Shown here piece by piece: positions 11,987 through 34,855 of a stretch of 64,000 bases of DNA. A program made the position numbers and the translations under genes. Where the stretch lies: contig CM060731.1 in the NCBI GenBank assembly GCA_030704615.1, positions 41,230,001 through 41,294,000 on the forward strand, in the 5' to 3' direction. The notes below the pieces were generated by a model. The model saw only the letters and a list, made by a program, of their open reading frames with translations, was not told the DNA's origin and did no database searches. This DNA comes from Takakia lepidozioides. Its lineage: Eukaryota; Plantae; Bryophyta. The stretch's first letter is position 1; every line of letters begins with the position of its first letter.

Positions 11987-14545
11987 ATGAATGACATTTT
12001 TCGAGAATTTTTAGATGACTTTGTAGTCATATATTTGGATGACATTTTGATATTTTCACAGAATGAGGAAGAACGTGGCCGCCATGTCCTTGATAAATTA
12101 AGAGAAATATGACTATATGCCAAGTTGGAAAAAATGTCTTTTCCATCAATCTGAAGTCGAATTTCTGGGCTACATTATTTCCGACAAAAGCGTCTTTATA
12201 GATCAGAAAAAAATACAAACCATCATCGAGTGGATTAAACCGACTTCGGTCCGAGATGTACAATGTTTTCTGGGATTTGCAAATTTTTATAGAATCTTTA
12301 TCAAGGACTACTCCAAAATTGCTGTACCATTGACACAACTCACGGGGAATGACAAATTTGTATAGGACGAGAAGGCTGACTAGATATTTGAAAGGCTGAA
12401 GCAGACATTTACAACGGCTCCAATACTGGTGCATGCAGACTCATCTAAACCATTCTTTTTGGAAGCAGATGCATCGGACTTTGCACTTGGCGCTATACTC
12501 TCTCAATACGGTAAGCATGACCGACTTCACCCTGTTGATTTTCATTCTCGTAAATTTTTCATTGCAGAAATCAATTATGAAATCCATGACAACGAACTTC
12601 TAGCGATCATCAATGCTTTTGAGGAGTGACATCATCTATTGGAGGGAGCTAAACATCAGGTCACTATCTACACCGATCACAAAAACCTCGAATATGAGTG
12701 CTCGTGTTTTGAATCGACGTCAAGCAAAATGGGGTATGTCACTAGCCAGGTTTGATTTTGTTATTACTTATCGCCCCAGACATCTTCAAGGGAAACCCGA
12801 TGCTCTTTCTCGACGATCATATCTTGCGTCAAAAAAAAAAAAAAACAACTTTCGACCAACATAAATCCATCATCTTGAAACCAGCAAATCTCCAATTGAA
12901 TATGCTATCCATGTCCACGTATAATGATGCAAAGATCATAAAAAATATTCAAGAAGCACTGAAGAACGACCAATTTGCTACGACACTACGAAGTCAACTA
13001 AGTCGACCTCGAGACAACCCACATGTTATAAACGACTTCGAATTCAAAGATAACTTACTTTATTTCAAGGGACTTCTCTATGTACCTCCACGACCTACAC
13101 GATTTCGAATTCTTCAAACATGTCATGATCTTCCGGCTGCAAGACATTTCGGCTTCAACAAAACAATGAAATTGATATCCAGGGACTATTGGTGGCCGTA
13201 GATGTGGAAACTCGTGAAATAATTTATAAAATCTTGTGACACGTATGCTAGGGCGATACACGGCCTGCTAAGACCAAGCTGAATCTCCCAAGAACCTTGT
13301 AAACATCAGGAAGAATATCACATGCGATCGGTGTGTAAAACCCTCCGCGCGCGTGCTCGAGCACGAGACATCCATTCCCCGCGCTGCAAGACCAAATTTT
13401 GTATATTTTTATGGGTCTTCATTTATGAATAGTCGACCTTATGACCTTCTTCAACCATGACCCATTCCCAAGGGTCCATGGTCGTCCTTATTTATGGACT
13501 TTATTACGGATTTTCCAATTTTCAAGACCACCGACTCAATCCTTGTTATTGTGGATCGTTTTATGAAGATGATACATTTCATTCTATGTAATAAGACAGT
13601 TACAGGTGAGGAAACTGCAAGACTCTTCCTCAATAATATCTATCGCATTCATAGACTCCCGAAGGACATCGTATCTGATCGAGGACCACAGTTCATATCA
13701 AATTTCTGGAGGGGATTATTTCACATATTTGATACTAAGATCAACCTCTCTACAACTAATCATCCACAAGACTGATGGTCAAACCGAATGCGTAAACCAG
13801 ATTTTGGAGCAGTATCTTTGCTGTACGATAAATTATCACTAAGATAATTGGACAGACTTTCTGCCATTGGCTGAGTTTGCCTACAACAACACTATACATT
13901 CTTCGACCAAACAAACTCTATTTTTCTCCAATTATAGTCATCATCCTCGAGCAAACCCTTTCTACATGAAGACTGTCGGAAGCCCTGCTGCAGAAAACCT
14001 TGCTACTCATCTTGCTATGATTCACAATGAGCTTACATTCTACCTAGCAGAAGCTAAAAAACAATACAAGAAGTATGCAGATCAACATCGACAACTTCAA
14101 CCCCAGTTCAAGGTTGGAGATTGTGTGTGGCTTCTTCGATGGGACATACAAACCTTGCGACCATAAAAGGAATTGGATTATCAACGCCTAGGACCATTCA
14201 AAATTATTCGACAAATAAATCCGGTCAGTTTTCGGCTTGAACTCCCACGAAGTATGCGCATCCATCCAGTCTTTCATATTTCATTATTGGAGTTGTATCA
14301 TCCATCGAATATTCCAGGGAGAATTTCCGTACTACCTCCACCACTTGAAGTCAATCAGGAAATCGAGTATGAAGTCGACGAAGTCCTAGACTCTCGCATC
14401 AAGTATAAACGTCTTGAGTATTTCGTACATTAGAAAGGCTACGACATCAGCGAACGAACATGAGAACTTTCATCCAACCTCGCCAATGCATCTGATAAAG
14501 TCCAAGAGTTTCATCAATGATATCCAGCTAAGCCCCGAGCTATAC
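11987..14545 (+). pseudogene. Ty3/Gypsy chromovirus pol, partial: RT (from the YLDD region), RNase H, integrase, chromodomain; Tcn1/Tf-like; degenerate
   Basis: [60 protein letters not shown], integrase MDFITDFP...IVSDRGPQF...DGQTE, GPF motif, chromodomain [11 protein letters not shown]...YFVH; many stops and frameshifts; about 175 bp unrelated insert at approx 13257-13431. Confidence 0.92.
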
Positions 14546-15156
14546 GTCATCAAGACGTTACGACGATGATGTCAGCCAAGTTAGCTTCAAGGTGAAGACT
14601 TCACATTCAGTGTATCTGATATACGCTGAGGAGGGAGGAGCACCACACATCAGTATATATAGCTACACTTCCAGCACTCTTGCATCTTGTATTGGCAGTA
14701 TGAAGTCACAGGAACCAGATACATGAGAGCTGTCGCTTACCAAACTACCAGATCAGCCGTTCCAACTCTCACGACCTTCAACATCACGCCGACGCTCTCG
14801 AGACGATGAGCCACCAATGCGATGCGTACTTTTTCGTCTGGTCCCCGTACGACGACAAGTGGAGCCTACTTGAAGTCTGATAATCATGTTGGAGGTTGAG
14901 GTTTCGAACCCAGAGGGCAACGAAATCATGTTTGAAGGCAGCTTCGAAAATCAGAATGCTCAAATCACTGCGTGATCCCAAATTCAAGGTGTTGGACACT
15001 ATCGATGGTTGTAGGGACCTATAAATCATTTGAGTCAAGAACGAAGAGCCGAATACTTGACAAATATCATTCGTCGGATTTTGGATTTTCTCCAACTCTA
15101 AGCAAGTCCAAGATTTTACCGCTCATCGAGGAACTCAGCAGTAGAAGAGGGGGTGA

Positions 15157-15779
15157 TGTCACGGACATAGCCCAAACAAACTTACCAGGAGTAAATACCA
15201 CAACTTACCAAGTTACTATGTTATAAAAAATTACCGTAATTTATCATGATCTACCATGATCTACCATGATTTACCATAATTTACTAGTAGTTATCAAATT
15301 ACCGAGAGTTTATCAAATTACCGAGAGTAACTTGGAAAACTGCTCAGGAAGCTTCCTTTGGAGGAAACTTCTATATCAAGAAACCTTTGTTTAACCTTGA
15401 AAACTTTTCCATCAAGAAACCTCCATTGGGGAAGCTTCTTAGGGAACTTCCTAGTAGTCAGTATATATAGGAGGCGAGATTGGACACACTTCAGTCTCGC
15501 CAACAAAAGTTCAAGTTACTCTTGTTCCCAGTCCCAATACTCCAGTCCAGCTTCCAGTACTCTAGTCCAGTTTCCAGTATCTGGTACCCAGTCCAGTTTC
15601 CAGCTTTTCAGTATTCGAGTCGAGTTCCAGTATCTTGTACTCTTGTCTATTGTAATAAAGATCATCTTGATTAATGTTACCCATCATGCATTCGGCCACG
15701 CCGACCTTGACTTCTTGTCTAGTCTTGTACCTCTAGTCTGATATCTTATTTGTGTTCAGTCATGTTCTCATCCTTGACA
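15157..15779 (+). mobile_element. LTR-b (3' LTR), about 623 bp, preceded by a polypurine tract
   Basis: PPT AGAAGAGGGGG at 15143-15153; TGTCACGGACATAG...CCTTGACA termini. Confidence 0.92.
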
Positions 15780-15910
15780 CCATCATCCATTCTTGCTTGC
15801 TTGATAGCTACTCCTGCTCCGCCACTGCTAGAATTCCATTTTTTTAATGATTTTCTACTATGATCTTGCATTAAACTCAATAAAATATATGCTAATGTGT
15901 AGAAAATATG

Positions 15911-16943
15911 AGTTTTCCGTATCACCTCCACCAATCGAAGTCAATCAAGAAATCGAGTATGAAGTCGACGAAGTCCTAGACTCTCGCATCAAGTATAAAC
16001 GTTTTGAGTATTTCGTACATTGGAAAGACTACGACATCAGCGAACGAACGTGGGAACCTTCATCCAACCTTGCTAATGCATCTGACAAAGTCCAAGAGTT
16101 TCATCAACGATCTCCAGCTAAGCCCCGAACTATACATCAATAAGACGTCACAACGATGATGTTAGCCAAGTTAGCTTCAAGGTGAAGACTCCACATTTAG
16201 TGTATCTGATACACACTAAGGATGGACGTTCCCCACCTCTAAGCAAGTCCAAGATTTTACCGCTTCTCGAGGAATCCGACGCTAGAGGAGGAGGTGATGT
16301 CACGGACATAGTCCAAATAAACTTACCAGGAATAAATACCAGAAATTACCAAGTTACCATAATACCAAAAATTACAATGATCTATCATGATTTATCATAA
16401 ATTATCATTAGTTACCAAGTTTACTGGGAGTTTACCAAATTACCGAAAGTAACTTGGGAAACTGCTCAGGAAGCTTCATTTGGAGGAAACTTCTCTATCA
16501 AGATACCTCCTTTGTTTAAAGAAACTTCCCCATCAAGATATCTCATTTGTTTAGGACTACTCTTGTTCCCAGTCTCAGTACTCCAGTCTAGCTTCCAGTA
16601 CGCTAGCCCAGTTTCCAGTATCTAGTACCCTAGTCCAATTTCCAGCATCCCAATATTCAACAGTATCTTGTACTCTTGTCCATTGTTATAAAGATCATCT
16701 TGATTAATGTTACCCATAATGCATTCGGCCACGCAGACCTTGACTTCTTGTCTAATTTTGTACCTCTAGTCTGATATCTTGTTTGTGTTTAGTCATGTTC
16801 TCATCCTTGACACCATCATCCATTTTTGCTTGCTTGACAACTACTCCGGCTCCGCCACTGCTAGAATTCCATTTTCTTTATGATTTTCTATTATGATCTT
16901 GCATTAAACTCAGTAAAATATATGCTAATGTGTAGAAAATATG
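15911..16943 (+). repeat. Tandem duplicate of chromodomain + LTR (LTR-c 16298-16812) + about 130 bp of host flank
   Basis: Second [37 protein letters not shown]; LTR-c TGTCACGG...TTGACA with an internal deletion; the same flank CCATCATCCATT...GTGTAGAAAATATG follows LTR-b and LTR-c. Confidence 0.88.
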
Positions 16944-17959
16944 TTATTTTAAATTATGATCCGAAAAATTGATCGACATATATGGCAACCAATGAGGAAT
17001 ACTCGTCCCGAGTGTGAAAGAACCCATAATCTTTGGTTGTACATCTTAAATTGAATTCTAACGCGGACCCCTTATTCCCTGTACATATGTACTTTGTTGA
17101 TGTGGCTTCTTTATCAAAGAAAGAAAAACAGATCCGGAAAAACCTCGTCCTTCTCTAACTCCAATGCCCGACAAAACTGCTATCTCTCCCACCAATTGGC
17201 AATGCTTCCCATACGTACCCTTCAAAATTTCAAAACCATCCACTCGCCATCTTCAGAAAGAGTTTAAAGTATGAGTAAGATCTTCATATCCAATCATTTC
17301 CAAGTCAGTATTTTACCATAAACTCTGCGAAATCCATGAGAGGTCCTTGCGAGTCATGTTTTAGATATAGTTGATGCGTCTTTTATTTCCGATGTAGGGT
17401 CCCCCGAAGCTCATAAGTATCCAATCCTTTTCATTGCTATTTGCTTCGGCCGGGTTCGAGCCGAGATCTTTTAGAAACAGAATTGCTATTTGAATGACCA
17501 AGTTCGAGCCGATGTCTTTTTAGCCAGAGTATGGTCCTCTGAGGTGCAGAAAGTATCCAATCTTTTTCCCGCTGATATACGAGCATAGGCTCAAAGTATT
17601 TCCAAGACCGTAGTAGAATTGGAAACCAATCTGGCACATACCATATCTTCTTCCATCATTGAGGGGATTCAAACCCAGTCCGGTGGGGGAGAATGGATGG
17701 TTTTGAAATTTCTTAGGCCCTCCTAGGTTTTCCCACGCATGAAATCCTTCCACTCATGTGAGGGGAGCAACAACCCTTGCCCCTGACGGAGCATGCCCCT
17801 CATCTGGAACTGGCATGCCCTCGCAGATCCGCTCGGCGAAGCCGTCCGGACGACGGGTCTTCACCCGGGCAATTGAGCACCGACCCGTGACGGCCACATG
17901 AGCCATACTTGAACCTGCAATTAGCACAATGGATGAACAGACCCCCGCCATTCCTCCGA

Positions 17960-18070
17960 GCGTAGAAAAGGTGACTTGTAGGAAGCCTCTGGACCGGTAG
18001 AACCCGGGCAAACACCGCCCCTAGATCGTGCGGCTACAGACGGCCCACGATCGACGGGTAGATATTCTTA
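17960..18070 (+). promoter_or_regulatory. Promoter block conserved between the two Hsp70 paralogs (counterpart approx 40365-40478, minus strand)
   Basis: Shared blocks GAAAAGGTG..TAGGAAGC, CC(G/A)CCCCTA(G/A)ATC(G/A)TGCGGC and GACGGGTAGAT in the same order and similar spacing. Confidence 0.6.
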
Positions 18071-18284
18071 GTGTTCTTCTTCTTCTTCGGCATCTGCTTC
18101 TTCTTTTTCCTTTGGCGAGTGGTGCGATCGATTCTGCGCACTGCGACACGCTGTGCGTGTGGATCAGGGTGGAGAGGAGGTTTTTAGAGTGTGAAGGAGA
18201 GAGGGATTGCTCAATTGGATTCTTTGGAGAGGTGGGTGGAAGGATTTGCTTCTGGTTGCAGGGAGGCGAGAAGTAGGAGTGGCC

Positions 18285-22850
<4,566 letters not shown>

Positions 22851-23840
22851 ATGTTTCTATTGTAATTGTAGGCCCATTTGGATATGGTTGAGAGATTGGT
22901 TGATATGAGGATTTCCTCTAAGATTTGAAGGAGAAAAGGCCAAAGGAAGTAGAGTTAGTGCCGTATAATCTTCTCAGAGAACATGTAATCTGATAGTTTC
23001 TCTTCTTGCTAGCAGCCCTGCAAATTGTACAAGGGTACAGGTGATTTCTAAGAAATTGCAATGTCCAATTTCAACTTTTCAGTTTGTCAGTAAAGACAAT
23101 TGAACTCAAATTCTTGCTCAGTCTGTCAACTATCAAGTACCTTATCTGGTCAGAGTGGACCCAGGAAAATTTTGTTCATACATGTCCCCTCTGTCCTTTT
23201 CTATTGCTGTAAAATAAACCTGTCGTGTTGTAGACCTGCCAAATAACTTGAAATTCAAGTTGGGGAGTTGCATATGGTGGGAATACATTGTGTCAAGCTG
23301 ATGACTGTGGTTTGGATCAGTGTGCGGGGTGTTTGTAATGTTCACTTGCGATCACATTTCCGTCCCACCTTAGAGACCAAAGAGAGGGGACAGGTTTCAC
23401 ACTATAAAGGTGCACAATTGGCCGACAGATTATTGCTGCCAACTGAACTGAAGCCTTTTCCTGCAGCCGAGTCAGTGGAGCTCCACTAGAATATCTCATA
23501 TTATCCTTCCTTGAGGATGAATACCATTTCCATTTTCAGTGCCCCTTGAAGCAAACAGTTAGGAATGACTTCCCCAACTCTATGAAGTGACGTTGTTCAT
23601 GTCTTCAGGAGTTTTGCACTCCTATTGTCTGCCTAGGGTACCTGATTCTATTTGAGCAGCTACCACTTTGCCCAGTTGGACTGACATAGAGTAAGCTAAA
23701 AGCAATTTCCATTTGGGTACATTAAACAATTGTCATGCAGGAGCAAAATTCTTCTGGCTGCTTGTTCTAATCAAAGTGAAATACTCTACAGTGGAAAAAC
23801 TGCACGCAGTACTCATCAGAGCAGCAGAATTGCTCATGAG

Positions 23841-29050
<5,210 letters not shown>

Positions 29051-31189
29051 AGTATCAATCAGCTAGAGCTTGGTACTGTGAGCCCTGCTTACGATCTTCC
29101 CAGAGATCAGAGTGACAAAGTCCCCAACACTTGTGCAACCCCGCACGTTTCTCTCAATTCCCTCAATCCCGGAGCGGCAAGCTCAACAATGGAAGCTTTG
29201 TGGGCCCAGCACCAAGACCCCCCCACGCTCCTTTAATGGCACCTCGTCCAGCACTCCCTGTGCCTCACATACTCAGTGACTCTCTCTCTCTCTCTCTCTC
29301 TCATTTCACGCGTGCGGTGTCGGGGTGATCGCAGTAGACCGTCGCCGCCCCATCCCTATCTTTATCATTATCCCTCTCAAGTCCGGCCCCAAAGAGGGGT
29401 AAGAAAATATTCTCTGTAACAAAGGTGAAAACAAAACTTAGACTCCAGATACATATATAACCAGCAGAGGTGAAACATTGAAGTATCCGGTTCAGTTAGA
29501 AATCGACAGAGGTTAGGCATTCGGACAACTGAGCAAAGAACCTTCTAAAAAACCGTCCAGTATCTACGGTTATTTGATGAAAATCGCTGGTTATTGAAGG
29601 TTCTTGCAAGTTATTTCATGCAGAAAAGAGATGCTATTGGTATTCTTGGTTTAAGCTCAATTCAGAAATGCACTGCTCCCCTACGTACGCTTGCATATGG
29701 AATTTGCGGCTGATGCTACTGATGAGTACTGTCGGAGAGAGCATAGCCATGAAAGTCATGAAGCATTTTGTGAAAGCATCTCTGTACCATTACATAGCTT
29801 TTTAGGATTGCGTGCCAGGTAGTGTGGTTGGACAGCGATGTATGTTGTGGCACAATGCTTAGGTGCATGAGAGTGCTAACACGCTACCTTGTAATCTCCT
29901 TGAAAGATATAATCGTATTCCGCCTTACAATCCAAAAAGAAAAGAAAAGAAAAAGCTATGGAAGTCAGAAGTAAAAAACTATTGAGGTAAGTGACGTTGC
30001 TCAAGTTAAAGTTGTGGAGCTGCTCTGCTCAAGTCGTAGCACGGCAGCCTGTGAACAAGCTTTGAGGGACATGAGAGGACCTTACACCATACAATAATGA
30101 GGGAGGGGAAGCAGGACCCATCAGTACAAATGGTTATCAGTCGGGACGCCTCAGCATCATTTATGGTACAGGGAGGTCTGGTCCCTCATGCAAAGGAGAA
30201 GTCAATAAATGTTGTTGCTTTCGATCCAGTACTCTAATAACTTGTAAAGTGTTGCTTGTGTTGTATTATGTAACCTCAAAAAGTAGTTCAGTATTTACTG
30301 CACACCAACAATCCCTTGCAAAGAAGTTATGACAAACCTCAGCTTTGCTTCAACCACCCTCCCACTTTCCTTTATTACTCTGAGAAGAAGAGCAGTGGGT
30401 GCTCTCCACACACTCTCACAGAACAGTCGGTACTAAAAAGCGAAGGAATTGCTTGTAATCTCAGAGCAAGAAGGCTATCAAAGGCTCCCTAGGCATTCAA
30501 TGCTTTCTTCCTATTAGCCACCAACCGACAGAAGATCAATAATATGAGGAGAGAGGGGGAGTTGTGAGCTGGGGAATTGAGGAAGAAGCCTCAGGCCGAG
30601 GACCATCATTTGATGTGGGTACTGGGTACCGAGAAGGAAGAATGTAGATTTCACCATGAATTCATGACTTGACTAGCCATCTTTCACTGGAGACAGAAAG
30701 AAGTAAAATGGAAGGTCAATGCTCCGAGCACCAAAAATCTCTGCAATCTTAGCTTGTCGTGTCTGTGTGCCCAACCCAATAACTTTTCAACTCCTCTCGT
30801 GCTCGCGCAGTGTTGCGCACACGCAAGATGAGTAATAAAGGTGTTTCCGAGGATCAGGTGGGGTCTCGGGAATGATGTGTCCATCGTGGATTTGTCAATT
30901 CAACATGGTCGATCACCTATATGTTGTGGTGAGTCAGCAGTGTTGGGTTGCCTAGATTTGGCAAAACTCGATGGAAATGGAAGCAAGCACGGCAGACATG
31001 TAGTCTTATCCTGTGCAAGGATTTTGTGTAGGCTTATCTTCTGAAAGAAAGCCGGAGATCGCTCGCGCTCTCCTTTTTTTTTCTTTGGGTTGGTACCGGG
31101 ATAATTATGGGTTGCAAAGGCAGGCTAGGGTAGCGTGTAGAGTTTTCCTCTGACAAATTACATGCTTAACCAACACTGAGCTGAAAGCC

Positions 31190-33173
31190 ATGGGCGAGGC
31201 GTCCTTGGACCTGTGTCTATCCGTTTCCCCCTGTTGTTCTTATGTTACAGCATACCCATATACCAGAAGTAAGACTCATCAATATCGGCCATTGGCGCCG
31301 TTAGTGGAGCAGTCGGGATTCCTTTGGAAGCATGGTTCACTAACAATGAATGCGCGTCGGCCAGTCTCATGCACTATTGAGAGGAGAAAGGAACGAGCTG
31401 ATGTTAACTCCTCATGGCACACGAAGGTATGATGCTCTTGTATTACTAGGAAGAGATCACACTCAATACCTGTACGCAGATTTAGCAGCAACAGCAGTTC
31501 CTTTTTGCAAAGTTGATATCTTTGAGGCGTGACAGTATCAGTTGAAATGTTGTAGGATTCCTTGTCTGGCTATCTATCCTCTCGCTCTGCTAATGCAAAA
31601 CGAAACACTAGGGAACACATTGCATGCTTTTTCCTGGGTTAGGCGATGATGTTTCAGATGCATAATGTTTGTGAATCTGAGGTGATCCCTGCATTCGCAT
31701 TTCATACTTCACGACGTTGTATTGAAGCTAGAGACCAAGTTAATGAGTACGGAGATACACTACTACCATGTCAAACAGACTGAACAGCCGAATGGTGGAT
31801 TTCACTTTATGGAAAAGGGGTTTCAAGATGTTGGAACAGTAGGTTAAGTTGCAAAATACAGGTCTTAGATCAATGTGTCTTTCCAAATGTGAAGCCAATA
31901 TTGATTGTGTGCTTTGAACTGGTGTAATGCAGCAAGGAGTTTGGCAAGGGCGGGCAAAGGTGGGGATCGCAGTGCTGGTGGGCTCTTTACTAGTTGAGGC
32001 AAATGCAGAGGCTGCAGAATCTGTGGCAGATGCATGTGTAGGGTTTGCAGGTGCAAATGGCAGTATAGTCGTCATCGTTGCCTGCATCGCACAGGCGATT
32101 GCTCTTACTGGAGCAGCTGTGGGGGGTAATGCTCTCGTGCACCCTTGCTTGTTCCTTCATGTGTGAGCTATGACAAGGTACTGTTGGGCATTTGGTTTAG
32201 TTTGGTGTGCATCTGTGTGTCAGAGAGAGTACAGATGGAGTTGGAACTGGAGAAATTGAAGTATAAGCGTGCGAAAAGGGGCCCCACAAGGTTTCATAGC
32301 CTTGATGCGCGGCAGTTGAATAGGGTTGTTCAGAGTACTCATGTGCAAATTACGAAAATAGTACGGCTGTAGGTTGCCCCTTGTACTGATCATGAGCTGC
32401 TATGCCTAAATGCACACCAGTGTCCCGAGAGGCCCCTGTGGCCTGACTACAGGACACTTTCCCAGCAAGTGCCTTGGCTTAACCTATTTTGACATTTTAT
32501 GGATTGTGTCCTTGAGCAGGGGTGATAGCACGGCAAAGGAAGAATGAGCTGGAGAAAATAAATGGACAGCTTCGGCAAATCAATGTGAATTTGAGGCGAC
32601 AAGTGCGGATGGAGTCATATGCGCCCAGCTTGACATATGCACCCGTGGGAGCAGGTCGTGTTTTGGACATGCCAGTGCGCACTGATCCAGCAAGGGAGCA
32701 ATTAATGCAGTACCTTAAAGGTGGGAAACAACTGCTGCGGGAGCATAACCATACCCAAGCTTTTCGAGAGTTTGAGAAGGCGTTGCCTATAGCTCGGCAG
32801 CTGGGGGATCCTGTTGAGGAGAAGAAAGCTGCCCGTGGTCTTGGTAAGAAGCCTTCTACTATAAGTCAATATTAGATGTTGGTGATGAGTTGGTTTGTTG
32901 GTAGTATTGCTATCGATAAAAATGTGTCCTACAAATTTGAAGGCAACGGTGGGGTTGGCAGGGGCCTCGTGTCAGCGCCAGGGCAAATACAAGGAAGCAA
33001 TCAAGTACCATACAATGGTTCTCTCCGTGTCTCAGAAGACTGGGGAGCATTCAGGCAATACAGAGGCTTATGGTGCCATTGCTGACTGCTACACAGAGCT
33101 TGGAGATCTTGAGAGTGCTGCCAAGTTTTACGATCAATACATAGAGAGGCTGGAGAGTGAAGATTCTGAGTAG
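31190..33173 (+). CDS. FLU: FLUORESCENT IN BLUE LIGHT, a plastid TPR regulator of GluTR; exons approx 31190-31426, 31933-32127, 32520-32843, 32962-33173
   Basis: TM segment IALTGAAVGG, coiled coil RQRKNELEKINGQLRQINVNLRRQ, ESYAPSLTYAPVG, TPRs DPVEEKKAARGLGASCQRQGKYKEAIKYH...EAYGAIADCYTELGDLE. Confidence 0.92.
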
Positions 33174-33853
33174 AGCACATGTTCTGTATCTCTAGCAATC
33201 AATCATGCATTTTTCTAATCCAGAGGTCAACCGGGAGGCGGACGAGGAGATAACTGTACAGCTTCAGAAGCAAAGAGTGGCAGGCCTTGGTCCGCAGCCT
33301 TCTTTCTCACAATTTTGGCAAAGGCAATGTCCCAACAAGTGGGTTGTGACCAGGCTGTGACCATATGGTGATGCACTATTTGTTATTTCCATGACTGGAT
33401 TGTAAAGTATGATGGGCTGGAAAAGATTTTGAATACTTCTCACCAGCATTTGGTATCTTCTCTCCACAAAATTCCAGTGATGAAAGTGTATTTGTGAAAC
33501 GTGTTTAGGAGGTGGAAGAGGCGCGATTACACTCGGCGATGGTGTTGTTGGGATTGTGAAGGAAGGAAGCAAATCTTATTATTTGGTCAGTGGAAGGTTG
33601 TGAAATTGTTCGCCGGATCAGTTTTGGGAATACCGCAGAGAATGCTCGGACCCCAGTTGAAGGAGATGCCTCACAACCAATGTGAAGCAAATATTATAAA
33701 GAGCATCTTATCAAAACTGTCTGCCAAGGCGCCATTGTCTGCAGATGTCTGAGTGGTGACCAACTTCAGAGGATATGAGGTACCAGAAGCCAACAAGTCT
33801 GTGATCATAACATATATGTCCTGCTAGGATTCAATCCAATCTTTCAACTAAGA

Positions 33854-34855
33854 TCATGTAGTATGATGCCTACCAAGCTCTAAGAGTTTGGAACCAGGAA
33901 AAGAGAACAAGCGTTTTGCATTCTCATAGGCAACCTCTGCCAGCTCCTGCTCAGGAACAGCAAGGAGTGATGCAATAAAAGACAAATTAGCGCGTATGTT
34001 TGCTGGTTGATTCAACGCTCCCTTTCCAACTTTGCCATTCTTGCGTTCATCTGCTGGTTGCCTGTGTTCCTCAGAATTCGTTGACCCGCGCGGATTATCA
34101 TCATCCTCCGCACTACAGCAAGCCTGCTCCGAACGGCAATCATCATTCCCATGCGATGGGGCTGCCTCATCCCCTGGGACCCAAATAAGATTTGAGGGAT
34201 CAACACGAGGTAACCCGTCAGGGCAATCAGTCTCAAGTAAAATCCGATCCAATGGTACCTCGCGCCACACCCTTTGGGCCTTCTCGCGCTTTATACAAGT
34301 GTTGTGGCCCGAAAAGGAGAAATACGCACCCTGCTTCACCAATGATCTCACCAGTTCGGAAGGTCCTGCAAACGAATGCAAGATGATTCCTGCAGGAAAA
34401 GTACCCATCTTATGTAAGAGTGTTTGGAGAGATCCAAAGGCTCGCACACAGTGGATGGCAGCCGGCCTCCTCAACTCTCTGGCCAAATCTAGTTGCTGCC
34501 TTAGGACATCCACCTGCGAGCAATCGTCAATTGCACTTCCTCGCGAGCTTTGATCGAGACCCACCTCCCCCACAGCCGCAGACGGCACACTCTCAAGCAT
34601 GGACCTCAATTTTGAATACCAATCAGGCGACCTCTGGCCCACCCACCACGGATGCAGGCCAAAGCAGGGGATAACAGAAGCATGAACCTCACCCATCTGC
34701 TTGACACACTCCCAATCTGTCTCGGAGGTTCCATTCACGACCACCCATTGCACTCCTGCATCCGCTGCCGACCGTAAGAGAGACGGCGCCCGCTGCAAGA
34801 TGCGTGGGTCCTGCAAATGGCAGTGTACATCGAAGAGCGGAAGCCGTCCTGCCAT
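33854..34855 (-). CDS. TatD-family metal-dependent DNase/hydrolase, intronless CDS
   Basis: LFDVHCHL (HxH), GLHPW, AVGEVGLD, IHCVRAF, ILHSF, ILLETDCPD, NQPAN, YENAKRLF. Confidence 0.92.
   Translation of the reverse strand: MAGRLPLFDVHCHLQDPRILQRAPSLLRSAADAGVQWVVVNGTSETDWECVKQMGEVHASVIPCFGLHPWWVGQRSPDWYSKLRSMLESVPSAAVGEVGLDQSSRGSAIDDCSQVDVLRQQLDLARELRRPAAIHCVRAFGSLQTLLHKMGTFPAGIILHSFAGPSELVRSLVKQGAYFSFSGHNTCIKREKAQRVWREVPLDRILLETDCPDGLPRVDPSNLIWVPGDEAAPSHGNDDCRSEQACCSAEDDDNPRGSTNSEEHRQPADERKNGKVGKGALNQPANIRANLSFIASLLAVPEQELAEVAYENAKRLFSFPGSKLLELGRHHTT

Noticed and set aside
14550-15140. Extra ORF downstream of the chromodomain
   Set aside because: All frames examined are interrupted and no motif was recognised; cannot be supported without a family consensus
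15157-16812. Intact small LTR element (TRIM) bounded by LTR-b and LTR-c
   Set aside because: No PBS follows LTR-b and the same host flank follows both LTRs; better explained as a tandem duplication
17040-17760. Non-autonomous DNA transposon upstream of Hsp70 copy 1
   Set aside because: Short internal repeats (AAGTATCCAATC, GTTCGAGCCGA) are present but no TIR or TSD could be defined
33854-34855. Horizontally acquired bacterial tatD
   Set aside because: Lack of introns is not sufficient; the GLHPW/IHCVRAF/NQPAN form with an insertion before NQPAN fits a plant TatD subfamily, and a phylogeny would be needed
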